From a virus (Duplodnaviria; Caudoviricetes), in IMG/VR virus record IMGVR_UViG_3300014499_000008, positions 1-55,533 of that record: a DNA stretch of 55,533 nucleotides, one strand, 5' to 3'. Position 1 is the first letter of the stretch; the number at the start of each line of letters is the position of its first letter. Below are positions 39,653-48,528 of this stretch, piece by piece. The notes beneath the pieces were generated by a model. It made no database searches, was not told the origin of the DNA, and saw nothing but the letters and a program-made list of their open reading frames with translations. The position numbers and the translations under genes are program-made.

Positions 39653-40906
39653 CTAGACCGCAACCTTCACTTTCTTCACTTTGACTTTCGTGCCTTTCGG
39701 AACGATTGTCACCCGGTTCAGAACCGTTTGCTTCCGACCATTGTACTCGCTGTGCTTTTTCACGGTCGCGAGGACCGTTATCGTGCTGCTGAGCTTGAAC
39801 TCTTCCGTCTTGTCGCCGGAGGCGAACCACGTCAGTGATTGGCCCTCGGCATCGAGGAAGTTGACGATCGTGGTCATGCCGTAATCACCTTCACGCGCCA
39901 CACAACCGATCACTTCAACATCTTCGATCACTTGGCGCACGCCGACCGTGCCAACGTGCGCGGTAACGACTGCCTTCCGGCTCTCGGTCGCTTTCCGTTC
40001 CGCAACCTTGCCGAGATACCGATTGTAGGACGCTACCGCGCTGATCGCGATGCCGTACTGCTTCGGCTCAACTAAGCCTTGCGAGAGAACGAGCTTGACG
40101 TTGTGCGTGTAATCGTTGCTCGCTGCGTCAGCATTCCAGTGCTGCAACGTTGCGAATGCGAGGAGATTATCATCATCGTTCGGAGAATCGATGTGCCACT
40201 CTTCACGTTGCTTCGCTGTGTGCGCCTCGAAGAAGTTGTTGATACGATCGGCGGTCGCGAGCGCACGCCCACTCCAATCATTCTTTGCTTCCGTCCGTGA
40301 CATCCAACCGAACTGCCGTATCGTCGCCGCACTCCACGAGAGGAGTGAGAAGATCGATGTCCGCGCGACGTATCCGCCGCCGCCACCGAAACCATCGCTG
40401 TCGCCATCGCTGCCGAAGTCATCGAGTTCCAAAAGGAACGTGAGGGCGGCGGCAATGGAGTGAGGGTCAGCACCACCAAGGAAGTCGGCGATGCACTGTC
40501 GGCCCAGTTGTTTCCATTCACCCTGTTCGTTGTAAACGAGGAAGGTCGCCGTCCGTCGCCGATCGAGGCCGCAGTGATCGCAGGTCGGCTTCGAGGTCCG
40601 GTACGCTTCTGGCGCTTCCGGCGTCCCCGGCACCTTGCGAATCGAGTTCCCGCCGTCGAGTTGATCGAGGGTCGCGGCGAACGTCCAACCGGCGAACTTC
40701 GGCGTTACGCCGTTGACTTCGACCGTGTACCACTGAACGAACATCTCACGACCGAAGTCGTCAACGCCCGCTGCACGGTTCTCCGTGTCCAACACCGTGT
40801 AGGTGATGGTTGGAAGGTTCAGCTTCGCGGCGCGCTTGTTGAGCTTGCCGATCTTCTCTTCGAGTTCCCAGAACCTCGGCACTGGGATGGTGTATGTTGC
40901 TTGCAT
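39653..40906 (-). CDS. Phage protein with Zn-ribbon and C-terminal OB-fold-like domain
   Basis: CDHC...RR...GRQC; HVGTVG...ATVKKHSEYNGRKQTVLNR; AAAGGCTAC leader. Confidence 0.7.
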   Translation of the reverse strand: MQATYTIPVPRFWELEEKIGKLNKRAAKLNLPTITYTVLDTENRAAGVDDFGREMFVQWYTVEVNGVTPKFAGWTFAATLDQLDGGNSIRKVPGTPEAPEAYRTSKPTCDHCGLDRRRTATFLVYNEQGEWKQLGRQCIADFLGGADPHSIAAALTFLLELDDFGSDGDSDGFGGGGGYVARTSIFSLLSWSAATIRQFGWMSRTEAKNDWSGRALATADRINNFFEAHTAKQREEWHIDSPNDDDNLLAFATLQHWNADAASNDYTHNVKLVLSQGLVEPKQYGIAISAVASYNRYLGKVAERKATESRKAVVTAHVGTVGVRQVIEDVEVIGCVAREGDYGMTTIVNFLDAEGQSLTWFASGDKTEEFKLSSTITVLATVKKHSEYNGRKQTVLNRVTIVPKGTKVKVKKVKVAV

Positions 40907-41004
40907 GTTTGTAGCCTTTCGAGTTTTTGAATCGTTCGATCAAACTCGAACGCTTTCAATCTGTTTTGTGAGTCATCTTTCAGTTTTCAAGGTTCCGGGA
41001 GCGT

Positions 41005-41052
41005 TACGGCCCCTACGCACCTCATAACCCTGGCGACACCATCATGGTTGCA
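41005..41052 (-). promoter_or_regulatory. Early promoter cassette copy B
   Basis: TGCAACC-a-TGATGGTGTCGCCA-g-GGTTATGAGGTGCGTAGGGG; divergent from the head operon. Confidence 0.7.
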
Positions 41053-41125
41053 GTTCCGTAAAAGAATGGTAAACCTGTGACGACCCCTATCGGCATCTCC
41101 CCGTAGGAGGGCGGAAAGGGGTGAA

Positions 41126-42709
41126 ATGCCCTCTCAGGCCGTGACTACGACGGTCAATGAAGCTAACGCCGCCTCTGGCGCTGGGCAGCTTTTCCGCCCC
41201 TCCGCGCCCCCTGCAGGCCCCAAGCTCGCGCGCCTCGCGCTGAAGCTCATCTCGTCAAGCAGCAGAAGCAAAGCCGAGAAGCACGCTATAAAGGAAGCAG
41301 CACGGCGGTTGATCGAGGGCACACCGAATACCGAACGGCTGACGTTCTACCCGTCCCCGACCGTCTCTGACGATGGCGCGCTTGCGTACAATCCGCAGAC
41401 GCGTACGGCGGAAGTCATTATCATTGAAGTCGGGCGCGGGAATAGTCGCGATAAACACTACTACGGTGCAGACACCATTCGGCAAGCTGCAGCGGATAAA
41501 GTGTTCGATGGTTCGCAAGCGTATGCTGATCATCCATCGCTGCAGGAAGATATTGATCGGCCCGAACGCAGCATCCGCGATCTCGTCGGATACTATTTCA
41601 ATACGCACGTTACCGAAGTGAAACGGAAAGATGGAACGCGTGTACCGGCGCTCGCTGCTTCGTTAAAGATTCAAGATGGCGCTGACTGGGCAATCGGCTT
41701 GATTCGGGAAGCCATTGACTACAACAAACGGTACCCCGATAAGACTTACGTTGGCATTTCCATTAACGCCGATGGTGATGTGTCGCCTGCTGTTGTCGAT
41801 AATGAGCAGGTCAATTACGTTCGTCGCATCACTGAAGCGTTCAGTGCAGACTTTGTGACCAAACCCGCACGCGGCGGTAAGTTCCTCGCACTCGTGGAGA
41901 GTTCAAGCGGCTCACATAAACAATCAAAAGGAGAACCAGTGGATAAGAAGATTCTTGAGTCCGCTGCTCGTTTACAGGCGCAAATGGCAAGCGGCGAAAT
42001 TGATCGAGAGGAAACCGACGCGCTGCTAACAGCACTGTTGAAAGAAGCAGCGGTACCGGCAAGTCTCGGTGAAGCCGAGAAGAAGTTTGTCGAATCCTTG
42101 AACGAAGCTGATAAAGCAGAGTTTCAGAAGCTCGATGAAGCTGGCAAACCGCCGTGGCTTGTCGAGCGAATGGCGAAAGCAAAAGAGTCGCACGGTGTTG
42201 ACACCAGCGATGACGATGCGGATCAAGATGCTTCCGGTGACGATACCGATGAAGATACCGATGATGAAAACAACTCTAGCAGCGATGTTGCTGCCAAGAA
42301 TGCAAAGGAATCGATGCGCGAAAGCGACCCGAAGATATTCTCGCCGCTGATCTATGCTGCGGCGCTCAAAGAAGCATCGGCGAAAGTAACCGGCGATCTT
42401 GCCACATTGCGGAAGCAAGTTGCTGAACTCACTGCCGGTAACGCCGTGCGCGACAGCATATCGCTAGCCGAACGGTTGCTGAAAGAGTCAACGCTTCCAG
42501 CTTCCGCCGCGACACGTTTGCTCGAATCGCTCGTTGGCAGGCCGGAAGCGCAGATGCGGCGCGTGATCGAGAACGAGGTCGCGTATGTGCGTGATCTTGG
42601 CGTGAGCGTAAAACCAACAGCGGGGGCGGGTGAAAAGACTCTCGCATTGCGTGAAAGCGAGTCGAAGGAGAACGAGTCGTTCCTCTTCGCCGGAATGGGC
42701 GGTCGGTAA
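41126..42709 (+). CDS. Prohead protease-scaffold fusion
   Basis: YADHP, VGISINA, SADFVTKPARGG protease motifs; helical acidic C-terminus with many xxE(A/S) sites. Confidence 0.85.
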   Translation: MPSQAVTTTVNEANAASGAGQLFRPSAPPAGPKLARLALKLISSSSRSKAEKHAIKEAARRLIEGTPNTERLTFYPSPTVSDDGALAYNPQTRTAEVIIIEVGRGNSRDKHYYGADTIRQAAADKVFDGSQAYADHPSLQEDIDRPERSIRDLVGYYFNTHVTEVKRKDGTRVPALAASLKIQDGADWAIGLIREAIDYNKRYPDKTYVGISINADGDVSPAVVDNEQVNYVRRITEAFSADFVTKPARGGKFLALVESSSGSHKQSKGEPVDKKILESAARLQAQMASGEIDREETDALLTALLKEAAVPASLGEAEKKFVESLNEADKAEFQKLDEAGKPPWLVERMAKAKESHGVDTSDDDADQDASGDDTDEDTDDENNSSSDVAAKNAKESMRESDPKIFSPLIYAAALKEASAKVTGDLATLRKQVAELTAGNAVRDSISLAERLLKESTLPASAATRLLESLVGRPEAQMRRVIENEVAYVRDLGVSVKPTAGAGEKTLALRESESKENESFLFAGMGGR

Positions 42710-43261
42710 ATGGCAATTCCATTACAATTTCAAACGCTGAACAACTTCGCATTCACACTCCAAGATGGGAAGCTCATCGTCCTTCCCGACTTATCCGGTG
42801 CCGTGCCGACATTTCAAGGTCAACTCGTGGTATGGGATGCGACATTAAACGGCGGTAACGGTGGTGTGCGACCCGCTGCTGCGCAAGCCGATCTAGCGAA
42901 CTTCGTTGGTGTTGCGGAACAAAACTCGCAACTCAACTCACTCGGCGACATCCTGCCAACCGTATGTGTCGGTTTCCAAGGCGTGTATTACTTCAATACC
43001 ACTGCTGCGGAAGTCTATAAGTTCGGCACGAAAGTGTTCTACAACGAAACGGTTCCGCAAATCGTTCCTACGTTGCCTGCGCAAGTTCAACCCGCTCAGG
43101 TCACAAGCAGTACGAATGCCGGTGCCCGTACCGTTGCGGTCGGATTTGTGATTCTGCCGAACGAGAAACTACTCGCCGGTATTTCATCAATCACGGGGGC
43201 GGCAGGGCTTCAAGTGCCTGTTGCTGTCGTTGCTAACTGGCCCACAGCCGGACTCGCGTAA
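42710..43261 (+). CDS. Head decoration / cement protein
   Basis: Between scaffold and capsid; FVGVA...GVYYF...GTKVFY pattern. Confidence 0.65.
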   Translation: MAIPLQFQTLNNFAFTLQDGKLIVLPDLSGAVPTFQGQLVVWDATLNGGNGGVRPAAAQADLANFVGVAEQNSQLNSLGDILPTVCVGFQGVYYFNTTAAEVYKFGTKVFYNETVPQIVPTLPAQVQPAQVTSSTNAGARTVAVGFVILPNEKLLAGISSITGAAGLQVPVAVVANWPTAGLA

Positions 43262-43278
43262 AGGAGCGCGTATACACA

Positions 43279-44400
43279 ATGCCACGTTTAACATTGTTGC
43301 AGCGCCAACACGCGAATCTCGAAGCGCAGCAGAACCGTCTCGCCGAAAGCATTCGCCGCACGGCGAAGATCGAACCAAAGAATCTCGTCACGCTTATGGA
43401 ATCCGACGATTTCTCGTTGAAGCGTCTGCGCGAGAACTGCGTGCGCAATGAGTCACGTTTGCGCGAAGCAAACTCGGAGACCGCATTCGGGCAATTGCTG
43501 CGTTACGGCGTGCAGCACTTCATGTTCGACGCGTATGCGAGCGTGACCGATTTCGTGTATACCGATCTTGTCAGCACGCGCGCGTCATCGAATCGACAGG
43601 AATGGTATGCGCCGCTGTACGGCGTGGAGATTCCGCGCGATGTTCCCTTGGGCGGTAAGTTCGAGGACTCGAAGATCAGCGGTATCGATCGCGAGCTTGT
43701 GAACAAGAAGGTCGGGCGCATGTTCAGCGTCGAGCGCGAGTTGATCGATGATGATCAAACCGGGCAGATCGAGCAGCGTGCGAACGGCCTGGGTGAACGC
43801 CTCCGGTATAAGGAAGAAGCGGATACCCTCGGGGTCGATGTATTCACACTGACTCCACAAGGGCGGGGGATAACGGGTCAAGCCGGGGTGTCGTACACCG
43901 TCGCCAAAGGCAATCGACCGGCGGTATTCAGTGCGCTAACGCAACCGGCGCTGGAAGCGGCCGACATCGCGCTGCACAACATCCTTGACCCGATCGGCAA
44001 CCGGGTGTTGGTGAAGCCGTCGCTGCTACTGGTTAGCCCAGCAGACAAATTCAACTCAGCGAAGCTGCTTAACAGCGCACTTCAGCCTTCAATCCCCGGT
44101 GCGGCGGGACAGACCTACAGCACGGCATCGTCGGGATTGACCGGCTATACCGGCACGGTGAACCCGCTGCAAGGACTCTACACGCTGCGCGTCTCGCGGT
44201 TCCTTCCGGCGAATTACTGGTACTTGATGGAACCGAAAACGAGCATCGTGTGGCAAGATCGTGACCCGCTCGAACTCACGATGGAAGCGCGCGATGCAGG
44301 CGCTTCGTTCGAGCGTGACGAGTACCGTTGGCGCGTTCGTCGGCGTTACGCGACCGACGTTCTCGAATATATCTATCTTTACTGCGGCAACGGCCAGTAA
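43279..44400 (+). CDS. Major capsid protein
   Basis: KVGRMFSVERELIDDD, PSLLLVSP, WYLM; N-terminal propeptide ending LREA. Confidence 0.88.
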   Translation: MPRLTLLQRQHANLEAQQNRLAESIRRTAKIEPKNLVTLMESDDFSLKRLRENCVRNESRLREANSETAFGQLLRYGVQHFMFDAYASVTDFVYTDLVSTRASSNRQEWYAPLYGVEIPRDVPLGGKFEDSKISGIDRELVNKKVGRMFSVERELIDDDQTGQIEQRANGLGERLRYKEEADTLGVDVFTLTPQGRGITGQAGVSYTVAKGNRPAVFSALTQPALEAADIALHNILDPIGNRVLVKPSLLLVSPADKFNSAKLLNSALQPSIPGAAGQTYSTASSGLTGYTGTVNPLQGLYTLRVSRFLPANYWYLMEPKTSIVWQDRDPLELTMEARDAGASFERDEYRWRVRRRYATDVLEYIYLYCGNGQ

Positions 44401-44412
44401 GGCATTACCATT

Positions 44413-44829
44413 ATGGCGAAAGTCGAAAGTGGAGTTCGTGGCGGAGTCGATCTTCTCGATAAGCACGATCGAGTTATTCCTGATCGTGAACTCGCAGAAC
44501 TTATCGAACCGCTCAATGAGCGAATCGATGATAGCCTAACGGTGGCACTGCAGGCGGTGTTAAGACGTAATCCCGGCGGTTACGTCTCGAATCGTCAGTA
44601 TTCGATTACCATTCCTGGTATGCGTGAAAGTGAGATTGTGTTCGATCGATTCTATTACGCAATCGGGCTGCTAGTAGATATGATAGCGTCACCGATGAAT
44701 GATCCTGATCGATTGGCGAACACCGCTCACATTCGTGAACACGCACAGTATGCAGCATCGATCGGCATGAAGTACCTGCCAATTGTTGGCGCTGCAACAC
44801 TGGGTGACATCGAGAGCGCTCTACACTAG
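44413..44829 (+). CDS. Hypothetical protein
   Basis: ORF in head operon. Confidence 0.55.
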   Translation: MAKVESGVRGGVDLLDKHDRVIPDRELAELIEPLNERIDDSLTVALQAVLRRNPGGYVSNRQYSITIPGMRESEIVFDRFYYAIGLLVDMIASPMNDPDRLANTAHIREHAQYAASIGMKYLPIVGAATLGDIESALH

Positions 44830-44831
44830 CT

Positions 44832-45491
44832 GTGTCCACCACTCTCGCCGCGCTGATTACTTCGTGTCGGACCCTCGCTGCCGATGGTCCGCTTGATAAC
44901 TTCATGCGCGCTGAGAATCTCAACGATGCAGAGTTCGGCTTCCCTATCGATGGATTAAATCGATCGTTTGTCGTGAAGAACTTCCCGATCGTACCGGGCG
45001 GCGTGCAGAAGGTCGTTGTCGATAACGCAACGACAACGGCGTTCGTCGTGATTGAAGCGATCGGTGAAGTAGACGTTGCTGTTGCACCACTCACCAGCAT
45101 CTTCGTGTCGTATTACTTCTATCTGTTTTCCGACTTCGTTTGGACGGAGTTTGTAACGTCGGCCCTGCAGATATGCAACTTCTCTTCCGCCGTTCCTATA
45201 ACCGACGTGCCGCAGATCGGCGAAGCGTTTCTTCCGGCAGTGAAGCTGTACGCCGGGGCGTTCTTCGCGCGGCGCGTAGCAGCGCAGACCGGGCTTTGGT
45301 ACAACCAGCGGTTGCAAGAGCGTGTTGAAGATCGCGACAATATATCGAGCAAATGGCTGAGAGTCGCGGAGTCAAATGAGAAGCAGGCATTGGAGATGCT
45401 TAATGCGGCCTATCGCGGTTCTGCGAGTGATCAAGGCCCATCATTCCGCGTCGGCGGTTTCCAACCGCAACCGTATACGCCGAGACGATAG
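44832..45491 (+). CDS. Head-tail adaptor (putative)
   Basis: Position after capsid, size. Confidence 0.55.
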   Translation: MSTTLAALITSCRTLAADGPLDNFMRAENLNDAEFGFPIDGLNRSFVVKNFPIVPGGVQKVVVDNATTTAFVVIEAIGEVDVAVAPLTSIFVSYYFYLFSDFVWTEFVTSALQICNFSSAVPITDVPQIGEAFLPAVKLYAGAFFARRVAAQTGLWYNQRLQERVEDRDNISSKWLRVAESNEKQALEMLNAAYRGSASDQGPSFRVGGFQPQPYTPRR

Positions 45492-45904
45492 TGGGAATTG
45501 TCGCCGGTTCACTGCGCAACGGAGGCTTCACGTCGAAGCCGATCATGGATTTAGCCTATGAATGTCAGATATACCGGAATGCAAGCTCATACACGGGCCT
45601 TGGTTCGCTCAAGGTTGCGTACGTTGTGCTGCCGGGAATAACGCCGTGCGATGTCATTCCCATTACCGATGACATTCATGTGCTAGAGGTCGGCGGGCAA
45701 GACATTCACACGCACAACATACATCTTCCGGCGGGAACAAATATCCTCATTCGAGATGCAATAAAGATCGTCGGGTCGAGGACGGGATTCGGCCCAGTCG
45801 GATTATCATTCTACGTCGATGATGTGTTGCTACCCAGTGAGTCTATATCGTTCATCCGCTTGCGCGTGACCCAGGGCAAAGAACCCGTTGCAGGCGCGGT
45901 ATGA
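45491..45904 (+). CDS. Head closure protein (putative)
   Basis: Position, beta-rich 137 aa. Confidence 0.55.
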   Translation: MGIVAGSLRNGGFTSKPIMDLAYECQIYRNASSYTGLGSLKVAYVVLPGITPCDVIPITDDIHVLEVGGQDIHTHNIHLPAGTNILIRDAIKIVGSRTGFGPVGLSFYVDDVLLPSESISFIRLRVTQGKEPVAGAV

Positions 45905-46377
45905 GCTATCCGCTCGAAGTGTTCCTTACGCAGTCGTTGCAGAGTAACGCAGACTTAGTTGCACTGCTAGGTCAGCGTGCTGACGGTAAGCCATCCGTGT
46001 ACCCGTATCATCACCGCGACGTTACGAACCCGATGTATCCGCTGGTCACGATCGCACGCTTCGGGTCGAAGATCAACGGCGAGATGTTCTCCGATACGAT
46101 GTACGCGACGATGATGGATGCACCGCGTATTGCGATCTGTGCCTGGGCGAAGAACGACATCGATGAGGCAGTAGCCGTGATTACCATTATCCGCAATTGG
46201 ATTCGTGCCCCGACTTTCGCCCCCGGCAATCAGTATTTCGCGGGGTTCAAGTTCACCGAGCGAAGCTATCGTGATGATCTGTTTGACACGACGATAAGCG
46301 CTTACCACGTTCACACTGAGTACGATGGATGGGTACAAGAAAGATTCGGAAACCCACAACCGATACCCGCCGCATAA
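45901..46377 (+). CDS. Tail terminator (putative)
   Basis: L..LLG....VYP...YPLVTI...I..W pattern; position. Confidence 0.65.
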   Translation: MSYPLEVFLTQSLQSNADLVALLGQRADGKPSVYPYHHRDVTNPMYPLVTIARFGSKINGEMFSDTMYATMMDAPRIAICAWAKNDIDEAVAVITIIRNWIRAPTFAPGNQYFAGFKFTERSYRDDLFDTTISAYHVHTEYDGWVQERFGNPQPIPAA

Positions 46378-46397
46378 AGCTTCGCGCTGATCAGAAT

Positions 46398-46739
46398 ATG
46401 CTCAACGGGAAATGGGATGTAATGTTGCATTACTGCGAACCGAAAACTGTTATCGAGATACGCATTCGAGATACAATGAACGGTAAGCATACTGATCAGT
46501 ATGTTGAAGCAGACCATAGGGGCATTGCAGTCGTTGACATCCCGCAGTTCGGCAAACATCTTGACATAACGTTAAGAGAACTGAACACAAACGCTCTTGA
46601 GCTTCAACGGCTGCACGTCATAGCGACGAAGAAACAGAATAGAATTACAATGTCAACACACGACGAGGACGAACTCATCAACAAAGCCGCTGAAGGCGCG
46701 CAAACTCAACAATCTAACGCAGTCGCGTTAGGAGGGTAA
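46398..46739 (+). CDS. Hypothetical protein (start likely 46398)
   Basis: In-frame ATG after previous stop. Confidence 0.5.
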   Translation: MLNGKWDVMLHYCEPKTVIEIRIRDTMNGKHTDQYVEADHRGIAVVDIPQFGKHLDITLRELNTNALELQRLHVIATKKQNRITMSTHDEDELINKAAEGAQTQQSNAVALGG

Positions 46740-46743
46740 AGCT

Positions 46744-47535
46744 ATCTTTAATTTCTCCGCAGGTCGCGCAAGGCTTCGTAATCCGGGTGTCAACGGACAA
46801 ACGCTCGAACTCGGCGTCGTACAATCTGCTGACGTTGAACTCAAAGTCGATCTGAAAGAACTTCGCGGCGCGTATCGCTATCCGATCGCTGTCGCAGACG
46901 GTAAGGGCACAGCAAGCGGCAAGGTGTCGTTTGCGCAACTCTGGCCCGAGACGCTCGCACAGATCACCGGCGGTCAACTGTCACCGAATGGTGGTGGGCC
47001 GCAGGCACAGGTTGGCGAGTCGCTGACCATCGCAGCGAATATCGCAACGCTGTTAAACGCTGCAACGCTCGTGACGAACTCTGAGATTGTCACGGTGATT
47101 GATGCGACTGGAAGCCCGACCTTTTACGCTCGTGGTACGACACCTGCATCATCGTCATTGGCTGGTGTCACGAACGGTGTCTATTCCATCGCGGCTGGTG
47201 TGCTAACCTTCGCGGCTGCTGATACCGGCTTGAACATTCAAGTCACGTATCTCTATACCCCGGCCGTTAGCACCAACAACGCACAGATCACGCTTTCGCA
47301 AGTTGGCATGAACTCAGCACCGACGTTCGAGTTGACATTGATCGGTACGGGCGCGAAGAACATTTACAACAACTCAAAACAACAGTTCATCGTACAGTTG
47401 AACTCTTGCCTCGCGCCGTCGCTGAAGCTTGATTTCAAACTCGATGACTTTACGATGGCTGATCTTGATTACCAAGCATTCACCGATGTGAATGGAACAC
47501 TCGGCAGAATCTTTATGATCAACGCTAGCGGCTAA
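46744..47535 (+). CDS. Major tail tube protein; frame extends 60 codons upstream of the called GTG, probable ATC start
   Basis: AGGAGG at 46730-46735, ATC at 46744, FNFSAG...LGVVQ...KELRGAYRYPIAVA.GK; C-terminal LDFKLDDF. Confidence 0.75.
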   Translation: MFNFSAGRARLRNPGVNGQTLELGVVQSADVELKVDLKELRGAYRYPIAVADGKGTASGKVSFAQLWPETLAQITGGQLSPNGGGPQAQVGESLTIAANIATLLNAATLVTNSEIVTVIDATGSPTFYARGTTPASSSLAGVTNGVYSIAAGVLTFAAADTGLNIQVTYLYTPAVSTNNAQITLSQVGMNSAPTFELTLIGTGAKNIYNNSKQQFIVQLNSCLAPSLKLDFKLDDFTMADLDYQAFTDVNGTLGRIFMINASG

Positions 47536-47552
47536 TACCGAAGCGGTGAAAT

Positions 47553-47594
47553 ACGAAAGAGTCAGCGTTTTGTACTCGCTGACTCTTTCGTTTT
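47553..47594. terminator. Bidirectional terminator
   Basis: 15-bp perfect stem ACGAAAGAGTCAGCG/CGCTGACTCTTTCGT between convergent genes. Confidence 0.8.
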
Positions 47595-47708
47595 GTGCGT
47601 GCTACCGATTGGGTTTGCTGCGGCTTCCCTATCCCACTATCTTACATTACGAACATCTTCTAATCCGCAGGCGTCCGTCACGACTCGAACGTGAATCTCA
47701 CAAAGCGT

Positions 47709-48071
47709 TTACTTTGCGGTCGGTGTGAAGCTCGTGATCCATGCGGAGATGCGTGTCGAGACGAGGCCAAGAACTCCAAGAGCTTCGTTCGTTCCAGCGG
47801 CATCGAGATTCGCAACTGCTCCCGCCGACAATGCGCCGACGACAGCTTGGATCACGCCTCGTGAGTTCGCCGGTACGGCGTCATAGAAGGCCGATAGAGC
47901 AGCGCTTGTCACGTCAGCAACGATGCCGGGCGTAGCACCCGATATGTGACCGATCACCGAATGCGCGAACACGAGGGCGTCGGATGCGATGACCTGTCCA
48001 AGCGATTCAGCGTCGGTAACAACCTTCTTGAGTGCGGGATCGGCGCTAAGGGTTGTCGTGAACGTTGTCAT
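47709..48071 (-). CDS. Ala-rich amphipathic hypothetical protein
   Basis: ATGA-coupled to 48068-48358. Confidence 0.55.
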   Translation of the reverse strand: MTTFTTTLSADPALKKVVTDAESLGQVIASDALVFAHSVIGHISGATPGIVADVTSAALSAFYDAVPANSRGVIQAVVGALSAGAVANLDAAGTNEALGVLGLVSTRISAWITSFTPTAK

Positions 48072-48358
48072 ACGCCCACGCTGTCAGTCGGGCGTACGAT
48101 CGGCGCGTGACCCAGCAGATGATGATAGGTCAGCAGTGAGATGTAGTTCTCGGGCGTGCGCCGATCTTTCGTCGCGAGGTCCGTAAGCTTAGCGATCTCT
48201 TCTGCGTCCGTCATGCGGAATTGAATCACAAGGCCGTCCGGTTTCGCGCGGGCTTTACGCGCCTTCTTGGGTTCCGCTGCCGCGACGGTAACAGTTTTCC
48301 CGGCGGGTTCTGTTGCAACCGCTGTACCACTATTCGAGCGTGTCGCTGTTGAGTTCAT
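48068..48358 (-). CDS. Ribbon-helix-helix-like DNA-binding protein
   Basis: VIQFRMTD.EE.AKL..LA.KDRRT.ENYI..L; GGAAGGCTA leader. Confidence 0.6.
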   Translation of the reverse strand: MNSTATRSNSGTAVATEPAGKTVTVAAAEPKKARKARAKPDGLVIQFRMTDAEEIAKLTDLATKDRRTPENYISLLTYHHLLGHAPIVRPTDSVGV

Positions 48359-48528
48359 TTCGTTAGCCTTCCAGTTCGAGGTAAGTACGTCGAAGAAGTA
48401 CGACGATCGTGTTCGTTTCGCAAAGTGAATTCGAAACTCTTGCTGTAATTGTGTCGAGTTCTATCAGAGTTTTCGCTACAACGATCGCGGAACATGATCC
48501 GAATACGACCGTGAATGAAGGGACGGCA

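Noticed and set aside
46729-46731. Stop-codon reassignment (TAG readthrough) explaining the missing tail-tube start
   Set aside because: Several normal-length genes end in TAG (18727, 29698, 44829, 45491), and readthrough would overlap the upstream gene out of frame
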